Assembly (NCBI GenBank): GCA_943704415.1
Contig: CALSCO010000398.1
Coordinates: forward strand, 1 to 64,000
From: Parvularia atlantis
Lineage: Eukaryota
Length of the DNA: 64,000 bases
Direction of reading: 5' to 3'
Below, piece after piece: positions 1-11,246 of the stretch (the stretch's first letter is position 1; every line of letters starts with the position of its first letter). A model generated the notes under the pieces. The model was given only the letters and a program-made list of their open reading frames with translations. It did no database searches and was not told where the DNA came from. The position numbers and the translations under genes were made by a program.

Positions 1-39
1 GGGGGGGGGGCTGCGCGCGGCTCACGCGTCGTGTCGCAG

Positions 40-132
40 TGACCTGCATGGAGTGCGGCAACCGCTGGAAGGTGGCGTGCCTGTCGCGTCGATCCGCGCG
101 CTCACTCGATCGATCTGCGGCAGTTCTCTTGA
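40..132 (+). CDS. TCEA/DST1: Transcription elongation factor TFIIS, 3' end (last two exons; gene begins upstream of window)
   Basis: Exon 40-71 encodes TCMECGNRWK. GT-AG intron 72-123, then TTC TCT TGA gives ...CGNRWKFS*, the TFIIS C-terminal zinc ribbon ending. Confidence 0.85.
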
Positions 133-195
133 TCTTCTTGAGACTGACCGGAAGCCGCAAACGCACACCCACCCCACCCCCAAAAAGAGAGCACA

Positions 196-2302
196 ATGGC
201 AGAGGACCCGTGTCTGCTGTCCGCGGTGCAGCTGCTCGAGCGCTACCGCGCGCGCACGCTGTCGCCGGTCGCGGTGGTGGAGGCGTGCCTGCGCCGCATC
301 GACGAGGCGCGCGAGCACACGCACGGCGATCACCTCGGCCGCGCGGCTGACCGCCCTCACGCGCGTGGCAGCTCAACCCGGCGCTCAACGCGTTCTGTCT
401 GGTCGACCACGACGGCGCGCGCCGCGCCGCGCTCGCGTCCGAGGCGCGCTGGGCGCGCGGCGAGCCGGTCGGGTGCGCACGGTCGCGTCGACGCGGCCGC
501 TGTTGACGCCGCGTGGCAGGATCCTCGACGGCGTGCCCGCGTCGGTCAAGGACCTGCTGCTGTGGGAGGGCAAGCCCACCCTGCGCGGCTCACTCGCGCT
601 CTCGCCCGCGGACCTGGCCAAGGAGGACTCGCCGTGCGTGGCGCGGCTGAAGGAGGCCGGCGCGATCCTGATCGGCAAGACGACGACGCCCGAGGTGCGC
701 GCGCGCGCTCGCTGTGTACGCCGAGGGCCTGACGCGCCCGCAGCTCGGCCACAAGGTGCCGCACGTGCGAGTAGCGCGCACGGACTGACGCAGCGGCGCG
801 CGGCAGGGCGTCACGCACGCGCCGCGCACGGGCATCTCGCGCAACCCGTTCGACCCGAGTGCGCACGCGCCGCCCGCTCGGTGCACGACGCGTGCCGCTG
901 ACACGCGCGCGTGCACAGGCAAGACATGCGGCGGATCGAGCGGCGGCGCGGCGATCGCGGCGGCCACGGTTGCGGACGACGTGCCCAGTGCAGCACCGCC
1001 TCGCGCTGACGCGGCTGTCGCGCAGGGCATGGCGCCGCTCAACCTCGGCACCGACGGCGGCGGCTCGGTGCGCATCCCCGCGGCCTTCTCGGGCATCGTC
1101 GGCCACAAGCCGCAGTTTGGCCTCGCGCCGTTCGCGCCTGCGTCGCCGTATGGTGCGGCCGGTCTACACGCGCCGATGTGCCGCTCAGACACGCACGCCA
1201 GGCACGCTCGCGCACGTCGGACCCATGTGCCGTGACGTGGCCGACACAGCGCTGATGCTGCGCGTGATGGCGCGGCCGGACGTGCGCGACTGGTTTGCGC
1301 CCTTTGCCGCCGACATCGACTTTCTGGCCGAGCTCGGCAAGGGCATCCAGGTGCGCAGGCGAGGCCGACTGCGCGTGACACCTCATCGCGCGACGAGCAG
1401 GGCGTGCGTGTCGGCTACGCGCGCACGATCAACAACGCGCCCGTCGATACCGAGGTCGCGGCGCTGGTGGACAAGGCACGCGCCTCGGGTTACACGTCGC
1501 ACGCTCACGCGCTGTGGCCAGGCCGTGGGCGTGCTGCGCGAGCTGGGCGCGACCGTGACCGAGATCACGCTCGAGCTGCCGCGTGTCGACCAGATCTTCC
1601 AGGCGAGCAGCAGTCTCGCGCCCCCTCCCTCGCACGGCGACTGACCACGTCACACGCGCAGGAGCATTGGACCGTGGGCTGCGCCACTGCGCTCGAGTAC
1701 AACTACACCAAAGAGCAACAGAAGCTGATGGACCCGACGCTGCTCAAGGCCGCGGCAATCGGGGCGCGCACGCCGCTGCTGCAGGTGCGGCACAGGCGAA
1801 GGCGAGTTGAGCGCGCTGACGGCCGCTGCGCCGCAGTACACCAAGGCGACCGTGGACCGCGCCAAGATGGGCGCGCAGCTGCGCCAGCTGCACCAGCTGC
1901 ACGACCTGCTCGTCATGCCGACCATGCCGGTCGTCGCGTTCGAGGCGGGCCTGGAGCAGCCGGGGCCCGAGACGGACCTGGGTTGGGTGGCCTTCACGCC
2001 CTTTGTGTGCACCGCGCAGAGCGCGCGCGCGCTGCCTCGCTGACGCGCGTCGCAGACCTACCCGTTCAACCTGACCGGCCAGCCGGCGATCGCCGTGCCG
2101 TGCGGCCTGACTGCGGACGGCCTCCCAGCGTCGCTCCAGGTGCGTGCTGTTCACTGCGCCCGTATCGCACCCGTGACGTGTCGTGCGCGCACAGATCGTC
2201 GGCGACCTTTTCCAGGACAAGCTCGTGCTGCAGGCCGCGCAGGCATACCAGCAGCGTGTGCCCACCGTGCTCCCGCCGTGCGCCTTCACGGGCAAGCTGT
2301 AA
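196..2302 (+). CDS. Amidase-signature family enzyme (13 introns by manual splicing)
   Basis: Spliced product [45 protein letters not shown]...[10 protein letters not shown]...GKTTTPE|LGHK|GVT...RNPFD...GGSSGG...[22 protein letters not shown]...[17 protein letters not shown]. Ser-cisSer-Lys motifs are intact; TAA at 2300-2302. Confidence 0.93.
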
Positions 2303-2346
2303 GTGCTCCGATGTGTTTGCGCAGCAGCACGACACACGCCCACGCG

Positions 2347-3044
2347 TCATTGCAGCTGCACGTCGCTCGCATGCGCGGCATACTCGGGCAGGTCGAGCGC
2401 GCGGCGGCCGTCGTCGATGTCCTTGTTGATGTCGGCGATGAGCAGCTCTGAGCGCCGTGCGTGAGCGCGCACGCAAACGCCGCGCCCGATGCGCCCGCGC
2501 CGCACCGACAGAGACGTAATCCTTCTCGGGCCGCAGGTACCCGAGCACGGCCACGGCCATCTCCTCGCCGTAAAAGTCGCTGTCAAACTTGTGCAGGATG
2601 TGCACCTCCTGCGCGTCCAGCGATCGGCTTCTTTTTTCCGCCTCGCGGCAGGGCGGCCGCGCGCGCACCATGCTCTTCTTCGTGTTCTTGTAATACGGGT
2701 TCCAGCCGCACGACATGACCATCTTGTGCACCTGCCCGCGCACGCTTGCGAAGCCAAAGTACACGCCCGTCGGCATCTGCGCCGCCACGCGCTCGACCTC
2801 GTCCGCGGGCAGGTTGGCTGCGGTGGCGGCCATCGCGCCTCAGCCGCGGCCCATCTGCCGCACGCGCACGTGGCAGCGCACCGGTTGGGATGCCTAGCTC
2901 CTTGCTGCCCCGCCCGAAGCCCTTGCACACGACGCCGCGCGCGTACACTGGCAGGAACGGGCGCGCGTAGCTGCTGTTGCGCCGGCTTGAGCTCAGCCAC
3001 GCATCATGGCCGCGCATGCGTGACACGCACTCGGCCGCGGCCAT
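2347..3044 (-). CDS. RFK: Riboflavin kinase
   Basis: GVVCKGFGRGSKELGIPT|ANL, TGVYFGFA, MVMSCGWNPYYKNTKKSM|EVHILHKFDSDFYGE, LGYLRPEKDY, LIADINKDI. Confidence 0.95.
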
Positions 3045-3066
3045 GTTTGCGCGCCAACAAATAAAA

Positions 3067-6000
3067 ATGGAGGTCGACGGTGAGGCGCGCGCGCGCGCAC
3101 CGCACCGCACCGACGGCCACGGTCGCTCACGCGCGCAGCAACGCCGCCGGCAGCCGCACCGCCCGCGCTCGCGCTCACGCCACCGTTGTCGGGCAAGCGG
3201 CCCCGCGGGCGGCCGCGCAAGGTCGTCGCGAGCGGGTCGGAGCCGGTGACGCCCACGACGACGAGCAAAAAGCCGCGGGCGCGCGCTGCGGCCGCGCCAG
3301 CCGTTGTCAAGGACGAGCACGTGCCGACGGCGCCGACGTCACCGCTCGCCACGCCGCTGTCGCCCGAGCCTGGCAGCGCGACAATCGTTCTGCCGCTGTG
3401 CGGCGACGCGTCGCCCGTGCGCGCAGAGGCCGTTGCGGCCGCACCAGCACCAGCACCAGCACCAGCACCATCAGCAGCGCCTTTGCCGGCCGCGCCCGTG
3501 CTTTTGCCGTTCGCCGAGCCGCGCATGAACCTGGCGACGCACGCCGAGACGGTGCGCTCGGCACGGCCGCCCGTTGCCACGGCGGCTGACGCACGCGCTC
3601 GAGCAGATCAAGGAGCTCGCCGCGTTCCACGTGTTCTGGGAGACGTGCACGCCGGCCGTGACCGAGCTGCCGGCGCAGCACCTGCCGCTCGTCGCCAAGC
3701 TGGCGCAGGACAGGTGCGCGAACGGCCTCTTGCTGTTTCGCCGGCGACTGATGCGCCTCGCCCGTGCAACAGCATTCACACCCGCGGCGACGTCGCCGGC
3801 CGCATCGCCGAGCTGCTGTTCCCGCCGCTTGTCGACGACGACGGCGTGCCCAACCCGTACCTGCACGTCCTGCCGCGCGTGCGTCCGCCACTGCCTGTGC
3901 CGTCTCGGTGCTCAGCCGCACACGCCGCAGGACGCGATCGCCCGCGCCATCGACGCCGTCGCCACGCGCGTGCAGTACGGCGCGACGGGCAAGGTGCGGC
4001 CGGGGTGCCGCTGGGGGGTGCACAACGCGCTTGACGCGCCGCGCCAGGGCAAGGCGTTCTCGGTTTGGCGCTGGGAGGTGAACAAGCTCGAGCATCTGCC
4101 ACTCAACGCGCGTGCGCTGATCGAGCAGCGCCGTCAGCGTCGGCAGCTGGTGCGCCTCCTCGGGGCCTGGGGATTGGTGCTGATAGCGCGCTCGCCGGTG
4201 CAGTACAAGGACTACGTCGAGGGGCGCGCGCCCGCATCGGCGCTGCTGAACCCGCCCGCACCGACCGCGCCTGTGCCTGACGCAGTCGCGCCAGCACCGC
4301 CTGCGCCGCCCAGCGAGCCCGCTGCGGTCGCGATGGACGCCGCGCCGGCGCCCGCGGTGGCCGCCGTCGGCGACAAGCGCAAGCTGGACCTGACGGCGCC
4401 GACCGCGGCCGCCGCGCCCGAGCGAGAGCTCAAGGACAAGAAGCCGCGCATCGCTGCGCCGGAGCTGCCGTCCAACCAGTCGCGCCTGAGCAAGTTCTTT
4501 GTCGTCGCGGCCGGGCCGAAGCGGGATGCAGTGGCCGGCGCCGGCGCTGGCGGCGTGGCAGGTGCAGCGCGCCCTCGCATTCGCTGCTGCCTGACACGGC
4601 ACGCAGACGTCGCGCAGCCTGTACTCGAGTTCTTCAAGCCGTTCTTCCTCAAGCCGAACGTCGAGCTCGCGCCGCTTCACCGCGCGCCCTGCCACCCGCG
4701 CCACCAGCTGGATGCACTGCTGGGTTCGCCGCCGTCGTGACGCGCCCTTGGCGTGGCAGCTGAGTGTTCGCACCAGGCATCGACAGCGAGACATGGCAGA
4801 CGGTCGACGGCATCGAGCGCGACTACCTGCACCGCGTGCGCCGCGCCCGGCCAGCCCTGCCCGCGGCGCAGGTGTCGCCGGCGGTACAGCGCCTCAAGTA
4901 TCTCAAGTTTGGCGAGAACGTGCGACCGGCGTACTTTGGTGCGCTCTTTGCGTGCCGTGCACGCGGGTGTGACACTGACGGTCGCCTGCCAGGCACGTGG
5001 TCCAAGCGCAGTGCCGTCGTGCGCCCGCGGCGGCCGCTCGCGCTCGACCGCGACCTGCTTCAGTACGACGTCGACAGCGACGACGAGTGGGAGGAGGAGG
5101 AGGTCGACGCGGGCGTGAGCGGGCCCGTGATCAGGTGCGTTGGCGCGCGGCAAGGCGGACCTGCCGCGGCTCACGGCCGCCGCTGCGGCGCAGCCTGACC
5201 GACAGCGAGGACGAGGAGGAGGACGAGGACTACAACGGCAACAGCAACGACGAGGACGACGTGCGTGCCGGGCGTGCAGGGACGTAGGTGTCACCTGATG
5301 TGCGTGCGGCACGGCCCAGGAGGACGACGACGGCATTGTGCCGGACGGGTACCTCTCAGCCGACGAGGGCGACCCGATCATTGCCGCGACGCTGTCGGCC
5401 GAGGCGCGCAAGGGCGAGCGCCCGCATAAAGATAAGGCCTCGAAGCGGGTGCGTCTGTCTGCGCGCCCCCGGCACGGCTGTAGCCGCTCACGTCGCGCCA
5501 CGCAGACAAAGCTGGAGCAGGTCGTGCCAACGGTGATCCAGCCGCACTTCCAGGAGATCGGTGCGGACGGCTTTGTGACGTCGCACGCCGAGCTATGCGC
5601 CTACGCAGCCGTGTCGCTGACAGGTGCGCACGGCCTCCGCGCGCGCGCGTGCATGTGACCCGCTCGTCGCCCCGAAGTGCCGCTGGGCATCCCCGTGCGA
5701 GGCTGGAACAGCCCGCAGCGTAACGCGGGGCCCGGCGTTGGCGCACCTGGCAACGGCGGCGGCGCAGAGGCAGGGGTCGACGCCGCGGCGGCCGACAAGG
5801 CCGAGAGGGCGTCGTGGGCCCGCACCGTCCCGGCCGACGCGCTGCCCGTGCTTGCCAAGGCGTGTACGGGGACCATGGCTGCCGGGAGGCGTCGCTGACC
5901 GCCCGCCGCAGCTCGTGCACCGCTCGGTCAAGCTCGAGGCGCCCGTGTCGCAGTTCCAGCAGCTCTACCCGGCCGTGTCGCGGCGCCAGATCGACTTCAA

Positions 6001-7785
6001 GGTCAAGGACATGTTTGTGAAGGAGAAGCGGCCGGACGCGATCCGCGAGCTGTGGTGCGCCCGAGGCAGCGGGCAGGCGTGCACACGCTCAGCGCGCACG
6101 CCCTCCAGGTACCTGCGCAAGGAGTACCTGCACCTGCTCGCGGCGGCCCCGACAGCAGCGGAGCCAGCCGAGGCGGACGACGCTGCCAATAGCGCGCCTG
6201 CTGTGCCGCCGTCGCAGCCGTCGATCCTGCGCGTGCTGCAGCGCGCGGCTGAGAAGCGCGACAACGATGAGCGCATGCAGCGGTCGATGGACGGTGACGA
6301 CGAGGGCGACGTGGTCGAGATCGTGACGGACGCGTCCGAGCGCACCGCAGCGGTAGAGGTGGGCGCACGTGCGCACCGCTGCCGAGACCAGCTGACACGC
6401 CTCGCAGCGGTTGTGCGCACACCTGGAGTGTCACGGCGCGTCCGAGCCGGACTTGTGCTGCGCCGCCGAGCTGGAGGCCGTCGAGCGTGCCGGACGATCG
6501 TCGTGCACGGCATCCCTCACGCCTGACGCCGTCCAGTGCCTGACCGATCTCGCTATCGAGTGCGTGGCCGTGCACGCTACACCGCGGCCCCACTGAGCCC
6601 GCTCGCCAGCCCCTATGCACTCGCGCGGCTGCGCACGTCGGCGCTGGCGGTGGTCGAAAGGTACCTACGCCTGCTGATGGAGAGCGGCGAGGTCGACCTG
6701 GCGACGAAGCGCGACCTCGCCGACGCGGTCTTCGGGCGCGCACGACTGCTGCCGCTGCTTGCGCGGGCGATGTGCGCGCTGCTGGCCCGGTCGTGCGACG
6801 CACTGACGCCGCGGGGCTCAGGCTGCACAAGTTCAGCCCGGACGACATGGTGCTGAGCGCGCTGCGGCTGCTGTCGCGGCTGGTGCGGTTTGCGCGGGCG
6901 GTCTTCGACCACTCGAGGGCGCAGCGTGCGTGTCGTGCGGCGTTGCCACAGGCAAGGACTGACCTGCTCGCACGCAGGCTTCGCGGCCGACGCCGTGCAG
7001 CACACGTACACGGCCGTCTTCCGCCTGCTGAGGGCGCTCAACGGCGACACGGCGCGGGCCGCGCTCACCTGCGTGCGCGCGCCCTGCCAATCGCAAGCAC
7101 GACGCAGCTGACCGTCGCGCGTGCAGATGTTCCACCTGCTCCCGGCCGCCGAGCTGTCGGCACCGAGCGACTTTTGGACGGTCACGCTGACGATCGGGCG
7201 CCTCTTGCGCTCGCCAGAGGCGACGGAGGACGAGTGCGTGTCGCCGCACGTTGCGCAAGGCTGTAGAAGGCGCTCACCTGGCGCGGCGCGCGGCGCGCGG
7301 CAGGACGCTCAAACTGCGCATGCAGTGCGTGCGCGGGCTGCGGCAGCTTGTCAGGCCAGACATGTCGCTCGCGCCGCCGCGGGTGCGTGCGATGCGTGCG
7401 CACGCCAACGCGTTCACCGACATCCCGTGTGCGCGGCCGCAGATCAACGCCGCCGACTGCCGGCCGCTGACGGAGCTGGTGCAGCTGCTCGCGGCCACGT
7501 TGCGCGACCTCGCCTGCGAAGCGGAGCCGTCCAAGAGCGTGCAACAGTGCCGCACGATGGTCCGCGACCTCGTCTCGCGCGTGATGGTACGGACTGCTGC
7601 GAGCGTTTCATCGGCCGCGTGTTGACCGTGCCTCGCGCGCGCTCTCTCGCTCGCAGCACCACATCATGCAGTGGCGGCGCTTCAGCAAGTGCGCCATGCC
7701 CGAGCATCTCGTTGCGGCGCTCGAGGCTGCGGGGCAGCAGGCCGCGCTTGTGCACCGCACCGCGCTGGCACGGACGGCCCAGTGA
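3067..7785 (+). CDS. CHAF1A: Chromatin assembly factor 1 large subunit (p150/Cac1) with a long C-terminal helical extension
   Basis: PIP box QSRLSKFF; LKYLKFGENVRPAYF|GTWSKRS..PRRPLALD..LQYDVDSDDEWEEE; IVPDGYLSADEG; winged-helix-like segment about 5912-6135. In-frame spliced exons continue to TGA 7783-7785; the 3' extension is less certain than the core. Confidence 0.85.
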
Positions 7786-7871
7786 GCTGTTTGCGCGCGG
7801 ATTTCTTCTGCTCCTTTGCGCAACATAGACGCACAGCGGCTGCTCCTTGCTCAATATAGACGCACAGCGGC

Positions 7872-9597
7872 TCACTCGCGCTCAATCACGGCGGCCGCGC
7901 CCATGCCCGTGCCGATGCCTTTGGGAAGCGGGCATCAGCGTAACGAGTGCGGCAGCGGGCGACGTACACATGCTCATGCAGCCGTAGCGCGCGTTGCGGC
8001 GCTCGAGCTCGGGCAGGATGGTCGCAATCTGGCGCGCACCCGTGCAGCCGAGCGGGTGGCCGAGCGCAATGGCGCCGCCGAGCGGGTTGACCTTGTCCAT
8101 GTCGAGCCCGAGCACCTGGCAACAGTAGGCCGCCTGCGACGCGAAGGCCTCGTTGAGCTCGTACACGTCGATCTGGTCCTGCGGCGAGCACGTCAGCCGT
8201 GTGTGCAGAGGCGCACTCGGTGCCGCCGTGCCTTCGTCAGGCCCGTCTGCTCGAGCACCGCCGGGATGGCCTTGGCAGGGCTGTGTGCACGCGCGCGCAT
8301 GTGAGACGCCCGCGCTGTCGGCCGTCCGTGCCCGCGCACGCACCCGATGCCCATGATGCGCGGTGGCACGCCCACGACGGCCATGCCGAGGAAGCGCGCG
8401 AGCGGCTTGAGGCCGAGCTCCTTGGCCTTGGAGCGGCGCATAAGCAGCACGGCCGCGGCGCCGTCGCTGACCTGGGACGAGTTGCCGGCCGTGGTCGAGC
8501 CGCCCTTCTTGAACGCGCCGGGCAGCTTGCCGAGGCCCTCGAGCGTCGTGCCCTCGCGCGGGCCCTCGTCCTTGGTCACCGTCACCGTCTTCTCCTTGCC
8601 CTCCGTGTCGAGCACCTTGGTCGTCACGGGCACGATCTCCGTGTACAGGCCGAGCTTCTGTGCACGCAGCGCTCGCTCGTTGCTCTTGACCGCGAGCGTG
8701 TCCTGCTGCTCGCGCGAGATTCCAAACTGCGCGCGCGCAGACGCGGTTCAGCCGGGCAGCGGGCCGGCGCAGGTGCAGGCGGCGCGCCTGCTCGGCCACG
8801 TTCTCGCTTGTGATGCCCATGGGGATGAGGCAGTCGGCCGCCTCCTGCACCTCTTTGAGCTGCTTCGAGAACTTGTGCTTGTTGTCGGGCGCCTGCACGC
8901 GACGCCGGCGTCGTCAGCCGCCCCGCCCGCGCACGCAGACCCGCAGCGCACAACCATCGACATGGACTCGACACCAGCGCCGATGCCAATGTCGATGAAG
9001 CCGGCCTGGATCGCTGCCGCGACGTTGGCCACGGCCTGCAGGCCCGACGAGCACTGCCGGTTGAGCGTGGCCAGCGACGTCGTATCCGGAAAGCCTGCAG
9101 GCACGCGGCTCAGTTGTCTGTCTCACGCGCGCGCACGCTGATCACGAGGCCGCACGCCGCACCGGCGTAGAACGTGGCCATGCGCGCGACCGTCGCGCCG
9201 GCGCCGTTGGGCAGGACGTTGCCGACCTGGATGTCCTGCACGAGCTTGCGGTCGAGCTTGACCTTGTCGGTCACGGCCTTGAGCACGGCCGTCAGCAAGT
9301 CCTCCGGCACCGTGTCTTTGAACGCGCCGCGGCGGCCCTTGGTGATGGCCGTGCGCACGGCGCTGCGCCGACGTGTGTTTGTGAGCCGCGCGGCAGCCGG
9401 GCTTTGCAGCGCGCACCTCACGATCACGACGTCGTCGTCCGACTTGGGCCGCTGCGCCGCCTTGACCTTGGCAGCGGCGGGCTCGGCTGCGGTTGGCGGC
9501 GGTCAGCACGGCGAGGCGCGAGCAGTGCGGGCAGCGTGGGCGGCGCACGGGTCAGGTGCCCGGCGAGACGCGCGACGCGATCAGCAGGTGCGGCCAT
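7872..9597 (-). CDS. ACAA1/POT1: Peroxisomal 3-ketoacyl-CoA thiolase with PTS2 signal
   Basis: N-terminus MAAPADRVARLAGHL (PTS2 RVx5HL); LNRQCSSGLQA; GAGVESMS; GNSSQVSDGAAA; ELNEAFASQ; VNPLGGAIALGHPLGCTGARQ; MSMCIGTGMGAAAVIERE*. Confidence 0.95.
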
Positions 9598-10170
9598 GTC
9601 GTTTCGTAAGTCACAGCCACGCAGCAGATGTGGCGGTGACCGGGGCCACGTGGCTCGAGAGAGACTCGAAGGTGCGCGCGGCGCTCGGGCTGCTTCACGG
9701 GGCGGCGGACGCCGAGGGCGTGACGATACCGTAATCTTTTGCGACCGCTCGCTGAGCGCAAACCAATAGACAAGCTGATGTAATGAGACCGATCCTCCTC
9801 GCTACCTTGACTCGCGCGCGCGCTCGTTTTCTTTTTTGTTTGTTGAGATGGCTGAACGTTTGCGCGCCGTGCGCAGGGGCCGAGTGCCGCGACTGTGGCG
9901 ACCGCGGACGAAAGCGAACAGAGCGCGCGCGACGCATCAGCCGCACTGTCTCCGCCGGGCACGGGACGGCCTCGGCCCATTTCGCCGAAAAGTTGTTGCC
10001 GCGGCGCGTGCGCGGCAGGCCGCCCAAGAAGTCGACGCCCACAAACGAGCATGGTCGGGCCGGCGGCGTGATGGGTTGGAGCGCGCCGGGTGTGCGCGGT
10101 GCACGCACAGGACACGTGAAGGACCCTGTTTTTGCTTGTGCTGCGACAAGAGGGACATAGAGCCGCTTCG

Positions 10171-11108
10171 TCAGGTGTCGCCTGCGCTGCCACTGCTGCT
10201 GCTGGCACTGTCACTGGCGACGGGCGCGGGCAGCTCGCTCGAGATGCTGAGCAGCTGGCGCAGCGTCTCATTCTCCTTGAGGATCTGCTCAACCTCAGTC
10301 TGCGTTTGCGCAGAAACACGGTCAACGGCGCGCCGCGTGCAGCCAGTGCGGGCCGCACCAGCTCGGCCTCCTCGTCGGCCTGGGCCTGCGCCGCCTGCCG
10401 CATAACGCCGATCATGTGCAGCATGCGCTCGCGCAGGCGCAGGTTCTCGACGCGCAGCTGCTCGTTGATCTCCTGCGGTCGGCGCTGCATGTCAGCAGCA
10501 GCACACGCACAGGCACGCGCGCGTCGCGCTTTCTCGTGCACGACCGCGGCCATCGCCTTGGCGTTCATGTCCACCCGCTCGGCCTGCCAGCTTTGCTGCG
10601 GGACGCGTGTGTATATGTGTGTGCGTGTGTGAGCGCACGAGCGGGCCGCTTTAGCGACCTCACGCACCGCCAGCCCGCGGTGCTTGGACATGAGTACGTC
10701 CAGTGTCGCCTGGTACTCGCGCACGGTCTCCTGCAGCGTAAAGTTTTCTGACGCGAGCACCGACAGCTGGAGCTTGAGGTCGTCGACCTGGCGCGCGGCC
10801 TCTGCACGGTCGCCGCGGCCGTGAGCAGCACGCGCACAGGGCAGCGGGTGAGAGACGCGCACCAACGTCGACCGGGACCGCCGCGACGACCGGGTAGGGC
10901 GCGCTGCCCGACTGCGAGGCGCGAGCGCGAGCGCGAGCGTGTTTGCGTCAGGCGGACGCGAGAGCGCGCGCGGCCGCGGCACCTGTAGCTGCTTGGCGCG
11001 GTCGACGATCTGCTGCGTCAGCTGCCGGTTCGAGTCGAGCTGGCGCACGAGCTTGTGCGCGACGTCCCAGAGCGAGCCGAGGTCGCCCGCGTCGCCGCCG
11101 GTGCCCAT
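10171..11108 (-). CDS. SIKE/FGFR1OP2-family coiled-coil protein (STRIPAK-associated)
   Basis: LASENFTLQETVREYQATLDVLMSKHR, MIGVMRQAAQ and ILKENETLRQLLSI match the SIKE/FGFR1OP2 pattern (ENxxL..EHQ.ALELIMSKYR..MAAVMRKA..ENKGLRELL). Confidence 0.75.
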
Positions 11109-11246
11109 CGCCGCGCGCGTGTGCAGGCACGGCCGTGCTGGCGCGGACGAGTGCGCAACCATGGCCGCGAGAGACGCGCCACGCGGCCCTGCTCACTTTT
11201 GTTGGTCCCGCCAGCCGCCCCGCCTCCGCAGCAGCGCCAGCCACCC

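Noticed and set aside
307..2193. Introner-type repeated intron family
   Set aside because: The introns I compared share only donor, branch and acceptor motifs, not internal sequence. An all-versus-all alignment would be needed to exclude this fully.
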